Shown piece by piece: positions 11,854 through 22,699 of a stretch of 64,000 nucleotides of DNA. Below the pieces are notes generated by a model. That model was not told the DNA's origin. It ran no database searches and saw nothing but the letters and a program-made list of their open reading frames with translations. The position numbers and the translations under genes are program-made. The stretch is from Tubulanus polymorphus. Taxonomy: Eukaryota; Animalia; Nemertea. Location of the stretch: contig NC_134026.1 of NCBI RefSeq assembly GCF_964204645.1, forward strand, positions 22,106,150 to 22,170,149, given 5' to 3'. The stretch's first letter is position 1. Every line of letters starts with the position of its first letter.

Positions 11854-14396
11854 CAGTGAAATTAATGTCTCCTAAGTGAAAGTTCACAAAAAAAGTTTAG
11901 CGGAGAATTATCAACGAACTCGAATGGCAGCCAGCGTAGCAGTCGTTATCTTCTGGAGAGAACTGCTTTTAAAATTACAGTCAAAGTCCGTAATTAAGCC
12001 ATCCTTACAAATGCAATCGCTCTCTTAACGCCAACATTTTTCAGAGGACAAATTTGCCCGATTGATCTCGAATTCTTACCCTTCTTTATAACGCCAAATT
12101 CGTTACTTATACCATGCTTCCCATTGGTCCCAGTAGTGGCATTATCACGGACTTTGACTGTATGTACTTCAGGATGAAATAAAAGCCATGTTTTTAAACT
12201 TAAAACCATATTGTCTATCCTAGAGTGGGACTAAAAATGTAAAGACAGATACCGTACCTCACATTCACAATGTCAGGGAATACACTGCTTTTATTCCAAA
12301 TGATCAAATAAAAAATTGATACCCCCGGTAGTTACTGATAGAAACTAAGAGGTCTAGTTTTAAGAATTGTACATTTTAAGCATTATACCAGTAGCCAATG
12401 TTAATTGTGTGTACAATGTATAATAAGAATGTCTTTAAGCTTCAAAATTGAATTCCTTCCACGTTTTTTCCTCAAAGCACCATCTTTTAGTGCATGATTT
12501 TCATCTGTGCTTTCTCCGTCCTGATGTTTTTCAATTGTTTGGAGATTGTTTGCCACTTATGAGATGTATAATACACCACCGTTAGATCGAATAGTAAACT
12601 GTACGTTAATTTAGTACATGTACGTGTATATCATTATCTTTTGTAATAAATTATAATTTATCGTTGTCAAAAGTCGAGTTGGATTGGCTTCTTGGTCAAC
12701 GAGAGCATGCAAATGTTTTGGCACGAGCTTCTCCATCCGTTAGAAGTCTATAGCATCTGACCACCAGAAACTCCAAAAGAACGACTATCGTAACAATTGC
12801 AATTGGGACTCCTCGGATGTAAGACCACAGTTAGTCATGGCTTAGATTTGAGACCAACAATAGTTCTATAGTCAATCTAGCAACTTGAGACTACGTCACA
12901 ACTAGGCCCAGGTTCATTGTGCATGATAGAGTAACATCTCAACACATGGGCAAAATGAAATGATTTTTGTCAGCAGGAATAATAAATCCCTTAGAAATTG
13001 CAGTCAACAGACCATATCATAAAAGCTAGCGCACATGACAAAATTTTTTCATAGAAAGATTTATTACAGCTTGCCAACAAGTAAATGATAATAATCCAGT
13101 CAATCACACAAAATATACACCACATGGATTGATTCTTAGAATGGTTAAATACACATGCCTTGAAAACTAAAACCTAATGAACAATTTTTTAGACTTATTC
13201 ATTGGAAAAAGCCGTGCTACTCATTCAAGAATACGGTGAAGGCCTAAACTATGAAATTAATTTGCATTTACAGAGCATAAGCCAAGAAATGAGTAGATGT
13301 ATCCTTTTTCTCAAGTGTTCAGCAGAGGTGAAGTGGCATAGCTTACAGCTTCAAACCCGGTGTCATCGAGACTCCTCCGTGTAGTACGAAACCCTCTAGT
13401 TATAGACTGGCCAGAACATCTCTGGCATCGTACAATAAATAATTTCTGCGGTCGAGCAAACTGCAACAGTAAAATCCGGTTGGTATATTTGATCCGTTTG
13501 GTTAATAGCAGCAGGGTTTCTTGCCACACCAGAATCCTAATTACATCAGGATTTGAATCACTGCAAGTGAAGACACAGGACAATGTAATTTAGCTTCTGA
13601 TGGCGATCTCACAACAATGGTCATATATATCAAAAATATGACAGAATTTGGAAGAAAAGCCATCGGCCAAATCAAAAGTGCCTCAGGTAAGGATGAGGTT
13701 TCTCATGGAATATTCAGCTACTGGCCTACAATTTGTAAAAACTTAACACAATATCCACACAAGTCTATTCTTTAGTGTCTCATATCAACATTAGCCCGAT
13801 ATATTCTGTACACATGACATTTTTAAATCATTAAAAAATCAGACCGCTAATGAACCATTTTCACAGTAGTAGGCACTCAATAAATTCCCATTCAAAATAC
13901 AGCACCATTCATGAACAAAAAATAAACTGATATACTGTACAAAAAGCCATATCGAAACTCCTTACTGTGGTTTATAAAATGAAATGATTTTTTATTATTG
14001 CCTCAATGGAGGCCATCATTAGAAAATTTTTATCAGCTAGAATGTGCTATTCTTGAATAAGAAAATAATCAAATACGTCGATAAAACCGGCCATGCCAAT
14101 AAAGCCTACTCATCATTATTTCAGGTTTGCCAACACTGGATTGCTAATTATATCGAACGCAATGTTCTTCAAGCTTTGTTGTTAGAACATGAAAATACAA
14201 CATTTGAATATGAGATTTTCTATCTTAATTTTTTTTTTGGTTTATCATTCAACAAGAGCTCCATCCAAGTGTGTATTAGCAGTCTACTATGGACAACAGC
14301 GTACAGACAGCCGGCCTTCTCAGAAGACAGGACTTCTCACCATCTTACATACAATAAAGTACACACAACAAATTCTCAAATAGGTTTCTTAGATTA

Positions 14397-17300
14397 TCAT
14401 CGTTCCTCTAATATGACAGTTTCTTGTGGATACAGTTTCAGTTCTTTAAATGACTGATTTTCGTCTAGCGTCGTTAACTGAAAAACAAAATGACAAACGA
14501 ATCATCGAGAAAATCTATTTCGGCATTTAGAATTCAATTTGACTTGAGCTATCCGATCATAGCAGAGGTGTAGTAATTCAGTCTACTCACATCGCGTCTA
14601 GGATACGTCGTTAGTATCTTATAATCTTCTAAATGGAATCCTTTAGAAACTATATAATGAATGAGGTGTCTGAGTGGTGATGCGACGAGAAATCGTCGAG
14701 TAATCGGAGATCCGTTCGGAACACGAACTCGGATCATCGTCACTGGCTCTTCGCTGTCAGCGCATGGTTCTGGTGGTAACAGGTCGGCAACTGACTGCCG
14801 TCGTGCCTGTCAAAACAGGATCAAAACCAATCTTACTCAGCAACAAAAAATCAAATACATTTTTCTGGATATACACGATTTACGAACCTCTTTAAGCATA
14901 TCTTCTTCTTGTTGTTTCATTTGTTCAGCATGTTTCCGCGCTTCCTCTTCCATCTCTTCCTGTAGTATTCTCTCTTCTTCTTTTTTCTTGATTTCCGCCT
15001 ATAATAAGATTTATAACGACATTCATTTTCGTGACGACCTCGCTTCCTTGGGTAAGTTTTAACAGTCCTTAACTCAAATGTTTGTTCATTACTTAATTGG
15101 TTGCTGCTCAGAAGCGAAGGATTTCTGGATTTAAATTCTGAAGGACAGTGACAATAAGTCACAATTTCAGCTACTGCTGTCGTAGTCATCCATTATTGAG
15201 GAACACATTGTTCGCAATATTGGGGGAAACCACAGTGCAGAAGTTTATTGCTCTATATGTGAGCAAAGGGGTCAAGAAAAGAACAGTTGTGCCCCCTGCT
15301 TTTCTACTGCACTCCATATTATATAATATGTACCTACCTTTTCTCTGTCAGCTTTTAGTGATTCTTCATAAGCTTGATCTTGTTCTTGTTTTACTTGTTC
15401 ACGCATTTCTCGTTCATTCTGTTTATCAAAAAAATATTAAGTGTTAAAATTCTATATTCGTAAACAGGTAGATCATGTTTGTGATGCTATTATGAGGTTC
15501 AGTTGCGCTACATGGTATACACACCTCCTCTTTAATTTCAGCACTTTGTTGTGCTTGGAACACATCTACAGCTTGTATTAGACTTGACATCAACTCTTCT
15601 ATAGTAACATTACCTAAATGAAATACATATCACAGCTTCAATCGACTTATATATAACCTGGTTAGATAAATCTACATAATTCCATATTAAATGCAGCTAT
15701 AAAACGATTAATTTTTTTTCATTCATAAGTATTTAAGAACAGCTCCAAATAATTATCTTGGTCCAGGGCTACTGGTAGTTTCCATAACTACTGTTTTTGT
15801 CTGAACTGAATTAAAACTGAGCTTCAGAGTTAAAAATTTGATCTTCACTTAAGGTATGGAACTATGGGTTCCATATGATTATTCTCTAAAAATGTTTATT
15901 TTTTGCCTTATCACTTCATCAATTAACTATGTAACTTAAATCTCTATACATCAAATCAGAAAATACTGAAATATGACACTATGAGTAGAACCTCGCTACA
16001 ACGAACTTCAGGGCACCAGGAACCTGTTCATTATAACTGATAGTTCGTTATATTCGGTATGAAATGTTTAAAATTGTCCAATTCAGGATTAGATTCTAGG
16101 TTTGTAATAACCGATAAACCGTATTATCAGAGGCCGCCATAATGAGGTTGTAGATAGAATGAGCTTATAGTACCTTGTATAACTGTGAACACCTCATTCG
16201 TTGCTCTAGTGCGCGTTATCACCAAAATTAATGGCATTTGCTGAGCTTTAAAATTTCGTACCGTAGTCGTTGCCATACTGCCGAATTGCTGTGTGCAACT
16301 TTGTAAAAACCTTAAAAAGATTTCCAACAAAAAATAATCAGTGTGAATATCTAATAACATTTATTTTGGAAGCCATAATAGTGGAAAATTGAAGAAATCT
16401 TTCAAGTTTTCTTCAAACAAAAGGTAAATTTAGATTTATCGCTAGTGCAATTTCCTAGAGTTGAAGCTGTCAAATGAACAAGAGTAAATGTTCAGAACCG
16501 ATCTCACGGCACTGTGAACCACCACACAATAACAAAACAGCAAGAACTAATCCGGATAACAAATATTATCATCCAACGGAGATTATTATTAATCTATATA
16601 GCCACTGGACAATGGTTAATCACTATTGGACAGTGGGCATCCCACAAGGCCAATACATATGGCTTGAATTATGAGCAGATTTATAATCTTGTTATTGTTT
16701 ATTGCATAGTGGGAGAGTATAATAGGCAACACTGTGTCGATAAGAGAAAACACATTCGTGTAAAACGGTCCTACTTAGGGGGCCATTCACAATCCGTATG
16801 GTCGGCTAAGAACTTTCTGGTGTCACAACGAGGCTGCGCTAGAATCAGACACGGAAGGAATGAGTGCGGACAATTCCAGCATATTGCGCAATCAACCCGC
16901 TTTCATGCATCGTGCGTTGGGAACTATGAATTCATTCACGGTCGCATTCTTCTTCATTGGCCAAGCGTTGGTTATCATCAGTGGGAACAGCATGCTTTTA
17001 CTGTGTCTGATCCGAAACAAAAACCTACGCATTCATTTTGGCGCGATATTAGCCAGTTTAGCGCTGAATGATCTGTTGATAGGAATTCATCTGCTCGCGT
17101 TCATTTATCTGATGTTTATCGGCTATTCGAGCAACGTGGCTTGTTTGATGATAAACTTTTCCACCACAGTGATGCTCACTTCATCGTTGTTTCACGTGAC
17201 CGCAATCTCGATCCACCGATTCCTGGCCGTACGTCTGCCGGCGCGATTCCGAACTAAAGGACGCAATTGGACGATTATTTTCATCGTCGTTTCGTGGTGT

Positions 17301-18025
17301 TTGGGTCTGATGTTTGGCATCAATCGCGTGATTTTAATAAAACATGGAAGAATTCTTTGCGTCAATGTCATCGAGAAACCGATCATTTTACATATAGCGC
17401 AAACAGCCGGCTTGGTGTCTTTATTGATCACGTCGATCGGTTTTTATTTGAAAACGTTGCATTTGCTACGAAAACGAATCGAGCCATCGCCGGTGTCTGC
17501 GAACGGTGTCACCGAGCAAACATATACGAATGCGACGATACCCGCGTTCCAACGTATTCCGATGATGAACACGTTGAAGACAGCTGTCGGTATATTCATC
17601 GCGTATTTCATTAGTTGGATACCGCACCTGGCACTCAGTTGGTACACGAGAAGAGAGACGTGGTCCCTGGAAATGAATAGTCACGAAACGCACCTTTTGA
17701 TAGCTAGTGTTGTATCACATTTCGTACTCTATTCGAATTCGGCTTGCAATCCTTTTATTTATACATTTTTCAATTCGAAACATAGAATGGCTCTTCGAAA
17801 CCTATTTTGCTGCCGAAACCCGACTGCACCAGTGCCACCACTTAATACTATCACTAATCAGGGAATGAACGAGCCAGTTGAGTAATCATTGCTAACATAC
17901 TTATGTGATGGGATTTATCAATAGCCAGGAGTTGCATTATCGGTGAATCTGAACAAAACGTAACTCGAAATCGAGTACACGTTACTAAGAGGACCACATA
18001 GACTGGTGGAAAGGTAATTGGTCGG

Positions 18026-18091
<66 letters not shown>

Positions 18092-21000
18092 TACAAACCT
18101 ACAATTTTGAGAGTGGAATTGACTTCTCAAAATCAATTATACAACAACACATTTTTGTTGTTTGATGAAAAATGTGTATAATATTCAACGTACCTGTTTT
18201 TGTTTGATTCAAGCGTCATATCCCAAGGCCACATCACAAAGTTTTGACTAAGATAACTGCATATCGTTTCCTTACAGAGAATCTGTGAGCAAAATATGTT
18301 GGCTAAAATGCTGGTATCATTGTGAAGGTAAACTGCTAATAGGCGTTTCTGAAAAAAATAAAACACACACTGGTTACACAAATGAGATCTTTGATGAAGC
18401 TACAATTCAAATTTTCTATAATTAAACTACAGTGGAACCTCATTATAATGAACTCGGATAAAACGACAAGCATTTTGTCCCAAATAAGCCAATTTGATTA
18501 ATTTCATACTAGATATAACAAACTATCCATTATAATGGTTTTCTGGTCATGTGAAGTTTGCTGCAACTAGGTTCCACTGTATAATCAAGTCTCAACATAC
18601 CTCTTTCGCTCGGACTAATAAAGCATCCTTGATGGCATCATCCAATTTTCCGATATAAAAATCTGGGTGACATTCTCCATACCTAAACGAATAGATAATG
18701 AAGATATTTGATTAATGATATAGGCCCTATGTAATGTTCTGGCTTTTTAAGCTATCAACTATTGATTTAAATTGAAATCAATACCTCTCACGAAAAACGG
18801 CAGTGAAATTTTCTACTGCGATTGTTTCATCAGTTATGCCATCTGGAACTGGAAGAAAATTCTATCAGTGCGCTTACCAAGAGAAGAGATTATCAGGCCC
18901 GATTACGACAGGGATTTCCCCTGGAGAGACAACTGTTATGGACACCACAAAGAAAATGACTACACAAACACACTATAAAATCTAAAATGTTGAAGCCAAG
19001 GTCAATACATAGCAAAGGCTAGTGAAAGGAAACCACTACGGTCAAGGCCTTAAGCTAAACTCCCTTCGGACTAGCAACTACCGGTAATCAAATCATGAGT
19101 GAGTGAGGCGAGTACCCTGCAGACATTAGTTTACGCAAGTGTATTCTTCCCAAACTTACTGAGTGATTTTACTCTCAGTGTACTCGGTTCGGCTTCGAAA
19201 TCAATTTCCTCATCCATTGAAAAATGTTCAGCTGCATCTTCAAACTCGTCATCACTTTGCTCTAGTTCCATAGCTGCAGCCTGAAATGTTATCCCAAAGA
19301 AGCAATAGTTTAATTAAAAAGTTTTATACTGGGTAATGGTGATCTTAACTGTTAACAACTGATCCATATGGATTGGCTACCTCAGCAGTGTATGTCCTCC
19401 GGTTATCTCGGGTTTGACTGAGTTCAAGTTTGTGACAGGGAAAACCAATACCAGCACCAGCTAATGTCATCTGAAAATAGCAAATCATGATCATCATACT
19501 ACCACCAATTTTTATAGAAAAGTTATCAACTTGGTTCAGAATAATGTCATAAAAAAAGCTACGAAGTCGAAATTAATCTGAGTGTACATCCCGAACCTAC
19601 TATCTAAATTCAACGATGGATTCAAAGTTACCTTCCAAGCTGACAAAAAATATGCTGCCATGTAGGCCTATAGTAATAGTAATAACAATTTAATTTATAT
19701 AGCACCCTTTTCACTGTGATACAATGTGCAATGGCGCTTTCTACCATTAAATTGGTATTTTTACCCCCAACCTATACCTCAAACCATTTATCAGTCATCT
19801 CTCCCTGGGGAGCATTAACATCCGAGCAGCTACTAGGCACTCAGGAGTCATCTATGAGACCAGGAACCCATCTACTCCTAGGTGATGAGCGGCAATGAGG
19901 ATAAGTGTCTTGCCCAGGGGCACAACAGTAATACAGGTTTTCAAATCCACAACCTGGCTTCCAAGAGTCCAATGCTCTTACCACACGCCCATGCCACTTG
20001 CTCGCTCATATTAAATATTTTGTTATACTGACCTGTTCATCATCAGCACCGCTCGGCCAACCTTTCCACGATTGGGATCGGACAGGAATATCGGTAACGT
20101 GGTATACATCGCTTTTCACTTCCTGAACTGTTTTTGTACCCGGAAAATTGAGCGAATACTCGCGGTTATGTTGCGGCACGTTGATCAGTAACGTGAAATT
20201 CTGAGTTAACCGCTCTTCGAGAATGTTCGAACTGAAATGTAACAAAAGATTGAACAATTGATAAAGTCATTAGAAAAGATAAACCTCAAATATGTTAAGG
20301 TAAAAACAAGGCAAAAGCAACCAAAGGAAAACGCTACATGGTAATTCCGATAAGCAAAACATAAAATATAATATTAATCAATCATTTATGTGGCCCTACA
20401 TGGGCACAGCCAACTTGGCCTTCTCTACTAATATTATTGCAAAATTATTGCGAAATCTTGTAACTGTTCTTAATAGCGAAAATGAAGTTTTGAATAAGAA
20501 ACCTAAACTTACTCTTCCATTGAAGACTCAGAGACACAGGTGGCTGGTGTTAACAGAAATAATCTCACCTCTTTTGGTAGGTGTAAACTCTTTAAAACAT
20601 CCTAGAAATAATCAAAATATTCTTTCGAACTTATCATCAGAGCAAGCAGAAATTTAAGCGCTGATAATAATCAATAAACTACCTTATCTTCAGCTTGTCG
20701 GCTATTCCATCCGCGTAAAACCTGCTTATCAGCAGATATTCCGATATCTTCTGCGAGTACTTCCTTAATCCGACCTAGATCAGAAAAAGATGATAAATTC
20801 TTGTTCGAATTTCTACTCTTAAAAATATTTCGAATCGCACGATCACTATATGGGAGTTGTGATGTCACATTATGTTATAAGCAGTGATTTCCAATGACGA
20901 CCTGTGCTACTGGCTATTCCACCAGATGACTTTTGGTAGTGAGTGGAATGATCAACAAAGCCACAACGGAATCACAACTATAACAAAATTCACCAAATAG

Positions 21001-22082
21001 TATAATTACAGTACGATTGATTATGCCGAGTCACTTCAGCCTCATCAGGTATGATGTATTTCTAAAAAAAATGCTTTACTGTCACACCTACTGATCTGAG
21101 TTAATCTTATATTCATATCCTAAATAGTATGTTTATTACTGCAGTGGGCTTATATACCCTACGGTAAGTTTCTTTCATGTATTAATACCTTATTAGGCTG
21201 AAATGACTCAGCGAAATCGAACGTGCTGTCATAACACTATTTTCAAGGATTAATTTTGTGTTAAGTCATGATTCTGTTGTGGCCCTATCCCACCAGATGG
21301 CACGCACCACAATAGGACAATGAACTCACCGACGGTTTCCGTGTCTTTGAGTACGACTGGGATATCGCGACCTCTATACTCGATCGTGAAGTTTATGAAT
21401 CGCGGCGGTATACCGTACGACGACGAGGGTAAAGGTTCGTACGGTATATCAATCAGTGACGACGCCACATGCCACGAAGGACTAGACGACGGCTGCACCT
21501 GATGGCCTTGAACTTGTATATTCGGCTCTGGAGGAATATCTAACGGATGGTCAGATGAATCAGTTTCTAGATGAGCGACTGTACTGCTCAACGCTTCCTT
21601 TAACAAACAACCAAAATAAATTTTAAGACTTAGTAGGTTATAACTCATATTGAAGTTTTTCGAGCTATCTTCAAAAATTTTACCGTCAAATTCCAGTCAT
21701 GTCTCTCCAATACTGCAATACATTCCTCAATATTTTCCAGCTGGGTACAGGCCTGTTTTAAATAGAATCAACCATTGTGATTAGTACATTCGGTGGCAGC
21801 TGAAAGAAGACCTGGAGGTTGGGTAAAATCAGCTGATTCATTGACATCATTGGACTGGTGGACCAGCACAGAGACAGAATCGAACCGAATGAGACAGTCT
21901 TTAATTCAAGCTTGTGCATCGAAAAGTCAATAAAAACAATGGCTACAACAAAATGTGAACCGTGTCGCGTATGTTTTACCAAAACCGGGCGATAATCGTT
22001 AAACGAACGAACAATGACAACGAAACGCGACAAAATATACCTGAAAATTCACGAGAATTTCATTTCTGTCAGGATCAGCCAT
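14397..22082 (-). CDS. FAF1: FAS-associated factor 1 (UBA-like, UBL, UAS and UBX domains; p97/VCP cofactor), multi-exon
   Basis: Starts MADPDRNEILVNFQ|ACTQLENIEECIAVLERHDWNL. Contains LNFPGTKTVQEVKSDVYHVTDIPVRSQSWKGWP, UAS RLLAVYLHNDTSILANIFCSQILC, and UBX IRVRVPNGSPITRRF...TYPRRD...LKLYPQETVILEER*. Stop at 14397-14399. Confidence 0.95.
15984..16150. mobile_element. Decayed pogo/Tigger-like MITE remnant
   Basis: Left end agtagaacctcgctacaacgaac, internal gttc(g/a)ttata repeats, right end ataatgaggttg. Same terminal style as the 18430 element. Confidence 0.45.
16860..17885 (+). CDS. Intronless class A (rhodopsin-family) orphan GPCR, 341 aa, nested antisense in FAF1 intron 16311-18193
   Basis: Seven hydrophobic segments. 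TM1 GN, TM2 LALNDL, TM3 Cys plus ISIHRF (DRY position), TM4 W, ECL2 Cys, TM6 SWIP, TM7 NSACNPFIY, helix 8 followed by CC. Confidence 0.92.
   Translation: MSADNSSILRNQPAFMHRALGTMNSFTVAFFFIGQALVIISGNSMLLLCLIRNKNLRIHFGAILASLALNDLLIGIHLLAFIYLMFIGYSSNVACLMINFSTTVMLTSSLFHVTAISIHRFLAVRLPARFRTKGRNWTIIFIVVSWCLGLMFGINRVILIKHGRILCVNVIEKPIILHIAQTAGLVSLLITSIGFYLKTLHLLRKRIEPSPVSANGVTEQTYTNATIPAFQRIPMMNTLKTAVGIFIAYFISWIPHLALSWYTRRETWSLEMNSHETHLLIASVVSHFVLYSNSACNPFIYTFFNSKHRMALRNLFCCRNPTAPVPPLNTITNQGMNEPVE
18027..18089. repeat. (TA)n microsatellite
   Basis: Perfect TA run of about 63 nt. Confidence 0.98.
18430..18579. mobile_element. 150-bp Tc1/pogo (Tigger-like) MITE
   Basis: TIR CAGTGGAACCT...AGGTTCCACTG flanked by TA on both sides. 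Confidence 0.8.
19671..19997 (-). mobile_element. tRNA-derived SINE with CORE-like middle and L2-like 3' tail
   Basis: On the minus strand: A-box-like gggcgtgtggtaagagc, B-box-like gatttgaaaacc, core-like tgtgcccctgggcaagacactta and cacctaggagtagatgggttcc, then tail aaagcgcc...gtgctatataaat followed by a (tta/cta)n repeat. Confidence 0.75.
20995..21242. mobile_element. Inverted pair of decayed Penelope-type hammerhead ribozyme motifs (20995-21052 minus; 21185-21242 plus)
   Basis: The two ~58-bp arms are homologous inverted repeats. Consensus: TAC-CTGATGA-G-GCTGA-aatgac-TCAGC-GAAA-TCGA-TC-GTA. Confidence 0.65.
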
Positions 22083-22699
22083 GATTCTTTGAAGCTAGCA
22101 AACGATTCGTTCGCATCCGACAGAGATACAATTCATCGCACCGTGACATGAAAAAATTATGACAAAAATATTTATTAGGCTACTTGTAGATAGATATTTT
22201 AGTTTTTACAAAAGTGGTTTGACAAAAGAAATCATTTGATTACAATGAGTTAAAACCCACTCTTTCCAGATATGAGAAGATATAACGTTAAATCAGGATC
22301 CTATTATTTATTTTGCAAGAGGAGATACAAAGAAGCTATATGCGGTTTAGGGCCACAGTGGATTATTTTGATTAACTGCATACGACCGATACTGAAATGG
22401 ATAAATTTTACAGAAATTAAAGTCGATCAGTCAAGCGTGACTCGGACATTAAGTCCGGTTCTGCGTCCGTAGAAATTCCGTTTCCGTGTGTTGTACGCGT
22501 TGAATTGTGGGTAGTAGATTGTTGTATAGCGCAGTGTTGTAAGAAGAGGGAAACCCGACAGAAATTCGCTTCACTTAATCATCTTTACTGGTGCGATGAA
22601 GAGGTACATCGGCAGATTTCTGACCTGATGGCGGCCTCCACATAGCGCAGATAGACTTGGTACCGGTTTGGTGGCGAATATTCGACCGCAACGACGAAA

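Noticed and set aside
16514-17693. ORFs overlapping the GPCR in other frames or strands (e.g. 16514-17071, 185 aa)
   Set aside because: No recognisable motifs; shadow frames of the GPCR exon.
19930-19997. tRNA-like sequence on the minus strand
   Set aside because: Degenerate A/B boxes without a cloverleaf; it is the head of the SINE.
21787-21891. Possible intronic snoRNA in FAF1 intron 1 (8-bp terminal inverted repeat, ATGATG and CTGA on the minus strand)
   Set aside because: The C- and D-like boxes are too close together and not adjacent to the stem; no guide could be identified.
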